A program made the translations under genes and the position numbers. 64,000 bases of DNA from Chloropicon primus. Taxonomy: Eukaryota. Below the pieces are notes generated by a model. It searched no databases and had not been told where the DNA came from. It saw only the letters and a program-made list of their open reading frames with translations. Position 1 is the first letter of the stretch, and each line of letters starts with the position of its first letter. Positions 33,006-44,053 of the stretch are shown piece by piece. The stretch is taken from positions 124,001 to 188,000 of the forward strand of contig CP060763.1 in the NCBI GenBank assembly GCA_023205875.1, written 5' to 3'.

Positions 33006-33289
33006 CGGACAAGTCATGAGGACGGAGGCAATGAAGGGTGAGGGTGGGGGTGGAAGGTGGAGGTGGAAGGTGAGGGAGTTGGGATGAATGCCTCCCTCCG
33101 TCTTGCTTCCCATCTGAGGTGATGGCGTCGTGTTGAGTTGAGGGACGTGTTGGTGTCCCATGGACGGACAAGTCATGGAGGCTTGAGGACGGAGGCAATG
33201 ACGAGGGGTGAAGGTGAGGGAGTTGGGATGAATGCCTCCCTCCGTCTTGCTTCCCATCTGAGGTGATGGCGTCGTGTTGAGTTGAGGGA
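33006..33289. repeat. Tandem duplication, ~144-bp offset, 80-bp identical core
   Basis: gaaggtgagggagttgggatg...gagttgaggga at 33066-33145 and 33210-33289. Confidence 0.9.
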
Positions 33290-33540
33290 TGCAGGAACCC
33301 GAGAGCAAAGAGAGAATGAGGGTGAGGGTGAGGGTGAGGGCGAGGAAAGGGACAAGGGATGGAGCAGCGAGATCCTTGCTCCTCTTCTCGGGGATGGAGG
33401 ATGGAGGCTCGTTTACGACTGACCTCAAAGAGGACAGAAAGCCCTACACAAGGGAGACAAGAGGATATTCTAGCAAGCTCTTGAGAGAGGTCACACTCCT
33501 CCTTCGTGATGATGACAACCACGAGAGAGGAAAAAGCGGG

Positions 33541-33863
33541 AGAGCGGAAGATTGGGAGGTCACTCCCTCCATGCTGTTGCCCTGCCCTGCCCTGCCCAGT
33601 CCTCCTCCTCCTCCTCCTCCGTCCGTCCCTTGGTTCCCCTTTAGTCTCAAAAGTGAGCTTACTCGCCTGGATCACACGCCTCCCTTATGCTCACAAACTA
33701 AGGAAAAGGGAAAGAAAGAAAGAGAGGGAGGCAGAGCGGAAGATTGAGAGGTCACTCCCTCCATGCTGTTCCCCTGCCCTGCCCTGCCCAGTCCTCCTCC
33801 TCCTCCTCCTCCGTCCGTCCCTTGGTTCCCCTTTAGTCTCAAAAGTGAGCTTACTCGCCTGGA
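33541..33863. repeat. Tandem duplication, 192-bp offset, ~131-bp near-identical copies
   Basis: agagcggaagattg...cttactcgcctgga at 33541-33671 and 33733-33863. Confidence 0.9.
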
Positions 33864-34400
33864 CACATTTTTCCGGTCAACAAGAGAGAGAGAGAGAGGA
33901 CCAAGCCAAGGTGGGCATCAACATCAAAGGGCAACGCGTGAGGGGGCAAAGGCCAAGCCTTGGAGGATGTTATGATCCTGTGACTGTCTCCTGAATTCCA
34001 TCCATGCTTCCCTCCACCTTCTTACCTCATCTCATGGAGTGAAGCATCGAAGAGACAACGACAACATAACGCAACACCAACACTTTTCGGAGGGACAAAA
34101 GGAATTGCAACACAACAACGAAGGCATCAACCATCAACCCAAACAACACATCTTGTGAACAAAAGAGGAGTTTGCTTCTTCTTGTGTGGAGGAAGGGGAT
34201 TGAGCAGCTTGAGAGAATATTGTCTCCCATTGCCTTGACCTTCCTGCCTCATCCAGTGGAGCAGCTAAGACAAAGCAACAGGAATTGGAGGAAAGGGAAT
34301 TTGGAATCAAGTCAAGTTGTGAGTTGCGGTACTCGACTCGATTCGATTCTGAGTGACTAGCTTGAGTTCAAAGAGGTTTGGTTGTCCTGACCGATTTGTA

Positions 34401-35477
34401 ATGCCGAGTGAGGGTTGCAGGAGCTCGAACACGAGCAGTGCGAGGACGAGGTCCTCGGTGTCGTCGTACAGACAAGTTTCGACTGCACCGAGTCACGGGG
34501 AGTATATCATGACCACGCTCGGTGCCAGCAAGGTCCACTCTTCGAACCTCTTGGCGTCCTCATCCAAGTTGAAAGCACCAACGAAGATGGATGCGGAGAA
34601 GATGCTTCACAGGAGTTTGACATCGAACGCTAGCACGGGAGGGAATGGGATTAGGAGACCGTACGGTCGGTTCATCGCCTCGAGGGGAGGACTGGCGCTG
34701 TCTGTTTGGGAGAGGCAGGCGCCCGGAAGTCAAGTCCCTCATGCTTCAAGTTCCAGAGGGGTGAGGGGGAATGCAAGCCATGCGAATGAGGGAGCGTCGT
34801 CGAGTCTCAGCTTTCCGAGGGTGAAGCCGGCGGGAGGCGTCGGGGCTCCAGCGTCCTCGGGCGGCGGCCGGAACGTCAGCAAATACAACGTGAAGAGGAA
34901 GGCTTACACGTCTCGGAACATGGACATCAGCAGCAAGTCCGTGGAGTCCAAGTACAGCTTCCAGGGGACGGACACGATCAATTACTCGAGCTCGAACGTG
35001 ATTGACTTGCCTCTGTTCTCGCGGCCGAGGCCGGAGGGCATGGCAAGCCTGGGTGGGGAGCGGTCCTCGTCCTCGATGCTCACGTCGGGGAACTCGAGGT
35101 CCACGTCGTTCAAGCAGCTGCCATCCGCCACGTTCTTGACCCACATCCCCACGCTGCCGAGGGCGGTTCGGGTGGACTGCGGCCAGTCGTGCGCCAAGGA
35201 TTTCCTGACGAGGAGCCCGAGCAGTGTGGCAAGGTCGCCGACGGCGGCCTTCCTCGGCGGGGGAGACTCGGCCGTCAACTTGAGTTCCAAGAGCCTCAAG
35301 TCTCTCTCTTCCTTTGGCCTGCCAGAGGTCCTCAGCGGCGCTTTGAGCCTCAACATCAATCAGCTCAACAACTACCAGCAGCAGCAGCAGCGGACAGCGG
35401 CAGCCCAGCAGCACCACTACATGCACGCCCCGACGACCGCCAGGCACCAAGGCTTCTCCATGATGTCCACCATGTAA
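34401..35477 (+). CDS. Ser-rich low-complexity hypothetical protein with poly-Q tail
   Basis: Long ORF with coding-like codon usage, followed by an A-rich 3' region; no recognisable domain. Confidence 0.5.
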   Translation: MPSEGCRSSNTSSARTRSSVSSYRQVSTAPSHGEYIMTTLGASKVHSSNLLASSSKLKAPTKMDAEKMLHRSLTSNASTGGNGIRRPYGRFIASRGGLALSVWERQAPGSQVPHASSSRGVRGNASHANEGASSSLSFPRVKPAGGVGAPASSGGGRNVSKYNVKRKAYTSRNMDISSKSVESKYSFQGTDTINYSSSNVIDLPLFSRPRPEGMASLGGERSSSSMLTSGNSRSTSFKQLPSATFLTHIPTLPRAVRVDCGQSCAKDFLTRSPSSVARSPTAAFLGGGDSAVNLSSKSLKSLSSFGLPEVLSGALSLNINQLNNYQQQQQRTAAAQQHHYMHAPTTARHQGFSMMSTM

Positions 35478-36467
35478 AGGAAAAAAAAACCGTAACGAAG
35501 CGAAGAGCGATCGTCCATCTTGTTTTGTGTTCATACTCTTTTCTTTCATACAATTGTTATCGTAGCAATCATCATCATCATCTTTGCTATATATATAGCA
35601 AGAGGGGTTGCTGGAGCTTGGCCAGTGGCTGGCATGACTCCCTCTCTCCCTCCCCCTCTCTCTCTCTCCCTCCCGTGGTGGTGGTGGTGGTGGAAGCAAA
35701 GGGGAAGCAAAGCAAAGATGGGATCGGGATCAAAGTCAACTTCCATTGGCTCTCCTTGCCATGCATGACTCCCTCTCTCTCCCTCTCTCTCTTTCTCTTG
35801 TTGTGGAGGAGGAGAAGGAGGAGGAGGAAAACAGAGACGCAGAGGAGGAAGCAAAGGGGAAGCAAAAGCAAAAGCAAAAGCAAAAGCAAAAGCAAACGAC
35901 GGGATCGGTGATCGGATTGGATTGGATCGGATCAAAAGTCAACCTCCCTGGGGCTCTGGCTTGAAGATGTGACTTCCTCCTCATCTTTCCTCACCATACG
36001 ACGAGTGACGTTACCTTCATTACTGTGCGTTTTCTACTCCATTTTTTCGCGCCAACGAAAGAGGAAAGAACGTCTCCCTTTCGCGAAGCCGAGCGAGAAG
36101 AGAAAAGGTAAGTTCAACCCCGCCACGGGACGCGAAGGAATGACCTCCGTCAAGGTTCGGCCACGGAAAGTGAATCGTCTCTTCGTGATCTTTCCAACGA
36201 GCCGTCGCTCGAAAGAAATGACGTCCTGCTGAGGATGCCACGACTGAATGACTCTTCTCTTGGGCTCTCTCTTTCATGATGCAAAGAGGTGAGTTTTCCC
36301 TGACGCCTACGCCTCGTGGAAGACGCGCGTTCGCTCCAAAGATCACACCAATCGAAGCGTTACGCTCCCCTCTTTCGAAAGAGCCCTCCGCGGAACGAAG
36401 TAACGCCCGGATGAAAACGTTCTGACCTTGATGTTGATCTTCGGTTTGGCCTCGTAGGGATATTGGG

Positions 36468-36627
36468 ATGATGGAGCACGACGAGCGAGCGCTGGAGGCG
36501 GCGAGGAGCAGCGCGTCGGAGGCGGCGCTGCTGAAGGCTCTTAGGGGTCGGAAGGGAAGGTGGGCTCTGAACGAGCTCCTTTCTCCAGAGAGTATGAACC
36601 CTTCTTCTTCTTCTTCTTCGACGGCGA

Positions 36628-36661
<34 letters not shown>

Positions 36662-38924
36662 GAGGAGGAGCTCTGGGCAATGCCCGATAACCATGAACAA
36701 GGAGGAGGACAAGGTGGATGAGTACGCGGGGTTGAACGCGGGGAGCTTGGAGGACATTCTGAGCAACCTGCCCCCTCCTCCTGAGGGGGCGAACGACAAG
36801 GACTACGCGGCTTACGCGGCAGCGGCAGCGCAATACACGCAGCAGGCAGCGAGCGCGCTGAAGATCGACGTGGAGTCGATCCAGGGGCTGAACCCGAACC
36901 TGAACGGGGTTTACCACCGGGAGGGAGACCGCGGGATGGGGCACTCGGTGGGCTCGACGGCGGCGAGTCTTGGCATGGGCCTCCCGCTCCTGCCCGGGAT
37001 GGAGGAGGCGGCCGCTCTGCTGAGGGCGAGCGGGGCCCACGTGGGCGTGGGGACGAGCTCCTCGGGCAGCGCGCTCGACACGCACTCCCTCCAGGACTCG
37101 CTCCTGGAGGACACTCTCGGGAAATCGGGCGGGGGCGTCCTCCCGGGGTACGGTGGCTGCCCGTTGCCGGGCGGGCCCGGATCTGGGGAGCGAGGAGTGT
37201 ACGGCGGAGGGAAGCACGCCAAGGGAAAGGGTTTCGCGGGAAACAACGGAGCTGGCTCAGGCGGCAGCAACGGGAACAGCATCGTCAGCTTCTGGGACAT
37301 GGACGCGGACAAGACGGAGCAGGAGAAGCTGCGGGCGTTCTGGCTCGGCCTGTCCGAGGCGGAGAGGAGGGACCTGGTGAAGATCGAGAAGCAGGCCATC
37401 CTCAAGGAGATGAAGGGGCAGCAGAAGTACATCTGCTCGTGCAGCGTGTGCGGCAGGAGGAGGGAAGTCCTCGAGGAGGAGCTCGAGATGCTTTACGACG
37501 CCTACTACGCGGAGCTGGCCCTGGACAAGAAGACGAAGGAGCTCGAGGGCAGGAAGGAGCTCGAGGCCGACGGGAAGGAGGCCAGCAACGCGCTGGAGCC
37601 GGGGGCGCGGTCCAGGATCACTGCGGGGGGGCGGCAGTCGTCCGGGAGCCAGGGCGGCGCGAAGAAGTCCAGGCTCAACCCCACGTACGACAGCGGGGGG
37701 GAGGACTCCTCGGAGGACATGACCCTCTCCAACAGCCTGACGGTCAGGGGCGACATGCTCACCGTCTGTGACGACCTGCTGGAGGACGACGGCCAGAGGT
37801 TCTTCGACTTGCTGCTCAAGATCGCAGAGAGCCGGTACCACTACAGGGATGAGCTTAGTGGTCTCGACGCCGCCGAGTTCGACGACGACGACTTCGACGA
37901 CCTCACGGACGACGAGGATGACCTCACGGACGAGGACGACGAGGACACGGACAACGAGGACAGCGACTACTTGGAGGAGCAGAGGATGGAGGAGGGAAGG
38001 CGGATGTTCCAGATGTTTGCCGCCCGAATGATTGAGCAAAGGCTTTTGGTGGCCTACAGGGAGAAGTGCTCGCTGGAGGCCCAGGAGCAGCTGATCAGGG
38101 AGGAGGAAGAGGCGGAGAGGGAAAAGGAGGAGCGGCAGAGACTAAAGAAGGAGAAGGAGAAGGAGAGGAAGAAGAAGCGGAAGGAGCAGAAGAAGGCCCA
38201 GAAGGCCGCGGGGGAGGCAGAGAAGCTTCGGAAGCAGAAACTGGAGGAGGAGGCCAAGCTCGAGGCGAAGAGGAAGAAGGAGGTCTTGGAGAAGAAGCGC
38301 AAGGAGGAGAGGGAGCAGCAGAGGATCAAGGAGGAGAGGGACAGGAACATCGAGCTGGCAAGGAGGAGGGAGGAGCTTCAGAGGATGAAGGAGAAGGAGG
38401 ACCAGGAGCGGAGGAGGGTGGCGGAGATGGTGGCGGAGAGGCAGCAGCAGCAGAGGGCCAAGCAGAACCAGCAGCCGAAGCCTCAGGTCGTCAAGGTCGC
38501 GCAGCCGCCGGCGATGCAGCCGCCGGCTCAGTACCAGCCCCAGCCCCAGCCTCAACTGCAGCCTCAGTTTGTTGAGCCTCAGTTTGTTGAGCCTCAACCC
38601 CAAGTTCAGTTCCACCAGCACCGGCCGCCCATGGTCCAGCCTCACATGGCCCACCCGCACCACCAGCTTCACAACCCTGGTCCACTCGTGCACCAGCAGC
38701 CTCAGCAGCCCATGGTCGCCGTGCAGCCTCACATGGCCCACCAGCTTCAACCTCCACCACCGCATATTCACAACCCTGGTCCACTCGTGCACCAGCAACC
38801 ACCACCTCCACAACCCCAACCACCCCAGCCTCAGCAGCCTCAGCAGCAGCAGCAGCAGCAGGGCGAGAGGAGCGAGATTCTCTCCCTCCTGCCCACGGAC
38901 TTGCTGGACTCGCTGGAACTTTAA
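36468..38924 (+). CDS. Nst1-like protein (salt-tolerance down-regulator domain + E/K coiled coil + Q/P-rich tail)
   Basis: FWLGLSEAERRDLVKIEKQAILKEMK.QQKYICSCSVCGRRR..LEEELEMLYDAYYAEL and EEQRMEEGRRMFQMFAARMIEQRLLVAYREK closely resemble fungal Nst1 blocks from memory. Confidence 0.8.
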
Positions 38925-39266
38925 AAAAAGCAAACAAAACAAGAACTCGTATTTTTTTCGTATTGAATTTTTGCTTTTTCGTTTCCAGGAACACCACCCA
39001 GCAACGCATCACATCCATCCCCATCCCTTCCCTTCCTCCCTTTCCTTGCCTTTGAATCACCCTTCCTGTCACCAAGCGTGGGATCTTTGGAAAGAGGAAG
39101 AGGAAACGGATCCATCCACCCCACATCCCACACCCCATCCCACCCCATCCCTTCCTTTCCCTTCCCCCTTCCTCTTCCCTCCATACCATACCCCTCCCCT
39201 CCCCTCACTCGAAAGAGAAAGAGAAAGATCTCGATCAGAGAGAGAGAGAGAGAGAGGAGGGCGACG

Positions 39267-42245
39267 ATGAGCAGCGCGATCGACATGGAGGAGCGGGCCA
39301 AGGCCAGGATCGAGGCCGAGGTCCAGAACCTCCTCGATCCGGACGCCTTCCAGCTCTCCGAAGGAAACGAGAAAGTTCTCCTCAGACAGAAAAGCGTAAG
39401 TTCATCTTCTTTTGGATGGATGAGAACAATCATCTTCTTCTTCTTTCAACATCACCATAACATCATAAGTGTATCATCCGAGAAAGAGCGAGCGAGAGGG
39501 AGGTTGTTTCGGCTTCATCACGAGGTCCACGCTTTTCCCCTCCCCTTCGCTGACATCGCATCCTCCACGACGCTGACTCCTTTCCAACTTCAACTGCTGA
39601 TGGTGATGATGATGATGGTGGTGTTGGTGATGATGATGGTGGTGGTGGTGTTGGTTCAGTACATTGATGAGCTGGAGATGGACGTGGATGAGGAGCAGGA
39701 GCTGAAGGAGAAGAAGGAGAAGCTGTGGAAGTTGCTCTGCACTTACCTTCCCTGTGACGTCCTTTCTCTGCAAAAATCGATTGTCCAGCACGTGGAGTAC
39801 ACCCTCGCTCGAAGGCGATACAAGAGAGACAAGTGTTCGTTCTACCAGGCCACTGCGATTTCCGTGAGGGATCGGTTGATTGAGAGGTGGACCGATACCC
39901 AGCAGTACCTGAGCTCCAAGGATTCCAAGAGGGTGTACTACCTGTCCCTGGAGTATCTCCTGGGCCGCAACTTGCAGAATGCCATGTCTTGCCTCGCGCT
40001 GAGGAACAGGTACGCCGCAGCGCTCGAGGAGCTCGGGTACAGTCTAGAGGAGCTCACGGAGGAGGAGAGGGATCCTGGATTGGGGAGTGGGGGCCTAGGA
40101 AGGCTTGCATCGTGCTTCCTTGATTCTCTTGCGACCTTGAATTTCGGTGCGTGGGGGTACGGCCTCCGGTACAAGTTTGGTTTGTTCGAGCAGCGGCTGA
40201 TCAGCAAGGCGCAAGCGGAGTTCCCAGACTTTTGGCTCAAGGAGGGGTACCCTTGGGAGGTGGAGCGGCCGGATGTGCAGTATTTAGTCAGGATGTACGG
40301 CGAGGTGGAGGATCGGGTGGATCCGGAGACGGGGGAGGTCAAGGTGGCCTGGAAGGGAGGGGAGGACGTCCTCGCGGAGGGCTTCGACATTCCCGTGCCC
40401 GGCTTTCACACGCTGAACACGAACAACTTAAGGCTCTGGACCAGCAAAGCGAGCTGCGAGTTCGACCTGGGAAGCTTCAACGACGGCCAGTACTACGCAG
40501 CCATCGAGGAGAAGGAGAGGTCCGAGCCCCTGACGAGCGTGCTGTATCCTTGCGACAACAATGCGCCGGGGAAGGAGCTCAGGCTGAGGCAGCAGTACTT
40601 TTTCGTCTCGGCAACTCTACAGGACATCCTCCGGCGGTACAAGAAGAGCCCGAGCCACGGCTTGCTCGATCTACCGAACAAGGTGGCGATACAGCTGAAC
40701 GAGACCCACCCGGCGATCGCAATCCCGGAGCTCATGAGGCTGCTCCTCGACGATGAGAATCTCTGCTGGCAGGACGCTTGGCACATCGTGCACAACACCT
40801 GCGCGTACACGAACCACACCGTGATGCCGGAGGCCCTGGAGATTTGGCCCTTGCCCCTGGTGGAGCAGATCCTGCCCAGGCACCTTCGGATCATTTACGA
40901 GATCAACCACCAGTTCTTGAGCGAGGTCAGGAGGAGGTGGCCCGGGGACCCTCAGAGGGTGGCCAGGATGTCCATCATCGAGGAGAGCGAGCCCAAGATG
41001 GTCAAGATGGCCCACCTTGCGATAATTGGGTGCCACAAGGTCAACGGGGTCGCCCAGGTCCACACCGGCCTGCTCTGCAAGAGCCTGTTCCGGGATTTCT
41101 ACGAGATGTGGCCAGAAAAGTTCGTGAACATCACCAACGGGGTGAACCATCGGCGGTGGATGCTTCAGGCGAATCCGGCGATGAGCGCGGTGATCTCGAA
41201 ATGGCTGGGGACCCACGACTGGGTCCACGACTTGGGGAGGCTGGAGAGGCTCAAGGAGCTGAGCTCGAACCCCGAGTTCCAGAGGGACTGGCAGGAGATG
41301 AAGAGGTACAACAAGCGCAAGCTTGCCGAGTTCATCGAGAGGACGTGCGACGTCGACGTGGATGCGGACGCCATGTTCGACGTCCACGTGAAGAGGATCC
41401 ACGAGTACAAGAGGCAGTTCATGAACATTCTCGGGGTGGCCTACAGGTACTTGAGGATTCTGTCCCTTCTCGCGGAGGAGAAGTTTGATGAGCTCAGGCA
41501 GGTCGTTCCCAAGGTGGTCATCTTCGCGGGCAAGGCGGCGCCGAACTACTCGGTCGCCAAGGACGTGATCAAGCTGATCATCGCGATCGCGGACACGATC
41601 AACAGCGACACGCGGATCGGCGGCTTGCTCAAAGTCGTTTTCATTCCAAACTACAACGTCTCCGTGGCGGAGGTGATCATCCCGGGGAGCGACCTCTCGC
41701 AGCACATCAGCACCGCCGGGTTCGAGGCCTCCGGGACCAGCAACATGAAGTTTTGCATGAACGGGTCCCTCCTCTTGGGATCCAGGGACGGGGCCAACCT
41801 GGAGATCGAGCAGTCCGTCGGGAGGGCGAACATCTTCATGTTCGGGGCGAACACCAAGGAGGTGAGGACCCTCCAGACCACCATGCAGTACAGGAAGCCC
41901 CAGCTGGACGGCAGGCTGGCGCACGTGACGCAGGAGATAAGGTCGGGGAGGTTCGGACCCACCTCCTTTGACTCGTTGGTCGACAGCCTGCTTCCCGAGA
42001 ACGACCGCTACATGGTGGGTCACGACTTTGGGTCCTACCTCGAGGCCCTCGAGGTGAGCGACGCGGCCTTCCGCAAGCCCGAGGAGTGGACCGCGAAAAC
42101 CATCGTGTCGTGCGCCTCCATGAGCCGCTTCTCGTCCGATCGATGCATCAGGGAGTACGCGGAGAAAATTTGGAACGTGGAGCCCCACCAGTTCAGGCCG
42201 CCCAACAAAAACACAAGCAGCAGCAGCAACAACAACAACCCCTAA
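39267..42245 (+). CDS. Alpha-glucan (glycogen/starch) phosphorylase, GT35
   Basis: YYLSLEYL.GR, GGLGRLASCFLDS, KELRLRQQYF, YTNHT, KRIHEYKRQ, EASGTSNMK (PLP lysine); intron 39396-39659. Confidence 0.95.
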   Translation: MSSAIDMEERAKARIEAEVQNLLDPDAFQLSEGNEKVLLRQKSVSSSSFGWMRTIIFFFFQHHHNIISVSSEKERARGRLFRLHHEVHAFPLPFADIASSTTLTPFQLQLLMVMMMMVVLVMMMVVVVLVQYIDELEMDVDEEQELKEKKEKLWKLLCTYLPCDVLSLQKSIVQHVEYTLARRRYKRDKCSFYQATAISVRDRLIERWTDTQQYLSSKDSKRVYYLSLEYLLGRNLQNAMSCLALRNRYAAALEELGYSLEELTEEERDPGLGSGGLGRLASCFLDSLATLNFGAWGYGLRYKFGLFEQRLISKAQAEFPDFWLKEGYPWEVERPDVQYLVRMYGEVEDRVDPETGEVKVAWKGGEDVLAEGFDIPVPGFHTLNTNNLRLWTSKASCEFDLGSFNDGQYYAAIEEKERSEPLTSVLYPCDNNAPGKELRLRQQYFFVSATLQDILRRYKKSPSHGLLDLPNKVAIQLNETHPAIAIPELMRLLLDDENLCWQDAWHIVHNTCAYTNHTVMPEALEIWPLPLVEQILPRHLRIIYEINHQFLSEVRRRWPGDPQRVARMSIIEESEPKMVKMAHLAIIGCHKVNGVAQVHTGLLCKSLFRDFYEMWPEKFVNITNGVNHRRWMLQANPAMSAVISKWLGTHDWVHDLGRLERLKELSSNPEFQRDWQEMKRYNKRKLAEFIERTCDVDVDADAMFDVHVKRIHEYKRQFMNILGVAYRYLRILSLLAEEKFDELRQVVPKVVIFAGKAAPNYSVAKDVIKLIIAIADTINSDTRIGGLLKVVFIPNYNVSVAEVIIPGSDLSQHISTAGFEASGTSNMKFCMNGSLLLGSRDGANLEIEQSVGRANIFMFGANTKEVRTLQTTMQYRKPQLDGRLAHVTQEIRSGRFGPTSFDSLVDSLLPENDRYMVGHDFGSYLEALEVSDAAFRKPEEWTAKTIVSCASMSRFSSDRCIREYAEKIWNVEPHQFRPPNKNTSSSSNNNNP

Positions 42246-42429
42246 TGCCCAAAGGCAAAGGTCCAACCATTGTATACCATCATTGTCCAACATAACCTTT
42301 TTCCACCATCGCTGTCTTCATCGTCGTCCTCGGCCTCGTCGTTTGCGCCAGCCTGTGCACCTTCATCTTCATTTTTCAATCCTTGATGTGCGTTAGGGTT
42401 TCGTTTCGTAACGCTCAAGGGAGGGCACG

Positions 42430-43616
42430 ATGGCGAACTTGGGGTGGGGCGGAGTAGGGAACACGCTTGTGGCGGGTGGGAGCGACGAGGAGAGCACTTC
42501 TGCGACTCCGCCGCAGGCTGCCCCTCCTCAGGCGAAGGGCGGGGAGCCTCCGGTGCCCGCCTGGGCGACGCCGAATGCAGGATCGACCTCCAAGGGCAAG
42601 GGAAAGAAGGACTCGGGGAGGGAGATGTCGAAGGATGACGGGCCTCCCGTGATTCCGGCGGTGGTGGAGTCGCCGAGCGCCAGCGGGATCGAGCCCGTCC
42701 AGTCCAAGAAGCAGATGAACGCCCGGATGGATGACATCTCTCGAAGGGAGTACGCCGTGAAGCAGCGCGAGGAGTACGTCAAGGAGCTGGAGAGCAGGCT
42801 AAAGGAGGGTGGCATCGAGATAAAGCCGAAGAACTGTGAGTATCTCATCCGGGGCACTTCCTCGGTCTTGGCTCTCGCTTTGCGTGCTGACCTTTCTTCT
42901 GCTTCTTCTACTACTACTTCTTCTTCTTCTTCTCTCTCTCCGCCTCGAACGCAGGGCCCAGGTGCAAGCCAATCTTGTACCACGACATAGGCGCAGAGAT
43001 TCCCGTCCCGAACCAGCCGGTCTGCAAGGCTGGGTATTACTGCTGGATGCTGACCGTTTCGGGGTACATCGTGAACTTCCTTGCGGTTGCCATCCAATTC
43101 TTCATGGGCCTGGGAACCCTCGCCTGCTTCTTCTTCGCCGCGCTCGCCACCGTGATCGGAGTCTTCTGTTCCTGGTGGACGGTCTACTCCTCGCTCTACG
43201 CGTGCTTGCAGACGAGGGGATCCACCTACTCGTACGGCAAGTACTTCTTCCACAAGACGATTGCCATCGGTTGGGCCATCTGGGTGATCATCTCGCCCCC
43301 CATAGGCTCCTCGGACTGCTTTGTCGCTGGGTTCTTCGTCATGATCGACCAGTTCAGCGCCAAGGGGGCCAAGGGCACGACGGGAGGCATACTGAGCATA
43401 ATTAACATCGTGATCTGGGGACTGGCCCTGTTTCTCTCCCTGTACGAGATGATCTGGGTGTTCGCCATCTGGAAAAAGGGAGGAGGTCTGGAGGACCTCC
43501 AGACGCAGCAGCAAAACGCTTCGACCGCCGCGATGGTGTTCCAGAACGACACGGTCAGCAGCACGGCGAAGAGGCTCTTCGGTGGGGCTCCTCGCGACAG
43601 TGGCATCAAGTTGTAA
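42430..43616 (+). CDS. Secretory carrier membrane protein (SCAMP)
   Basis: Coiled coil, then KPKN/WPRCKPILYHDIGAEIP across intron 42836-42954; four TM helices. Confidence 0.85.
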
Positions 43617-44053
43617 AGCTGTCATCTCATCCGTCTGTTGGATCCATCCTTCGCCCCCATCACCATCATTCTCTTGCGTGTACAACTCTCTCCCTTCAGC
43701 TTTGCAGTCTCCTGCATCCTCCTCCACGCCTGTCCTCCACCTCTTCCGTCTCCTTGAATCCCCTTCAATCGTGTCAAGCGAGGGCTCTCTGGAAAGGGGA
43801 AGAGACAACGGATCCATCCATCACACCCTCGTCATGCTCCTCCCCTTACCCTCCTCCTCCCCTTCCGATCCCACCATCACCATCACCATCACCACCTCCT
43901 GGTCTGCCAGAGAGAGAGGAGGGGTTGGGGATGCCGACGCCGAGTGGCTTGTCACGAGGAGGACGGTTGGCACGAGGAGGATCGAGGAGGAGGCTCAGCA
44001 TCGAGCACGGCAGGAAGCTTCATCCCCATCGCCCTCATCCTCATCCCGTGGCG

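Noticed and set aside
31738..33675. 645-aa single ORF
   Set aside because: It reads through repeats and an intron; the spliced 32865-31773 model fits better.
35480..36460. ORFs and possible ncRNA in the intergenic region
   Set aside because: Simple repeats (GCAAAA, GATCG, CT) account for the ORFs; no RNA family features recognised.
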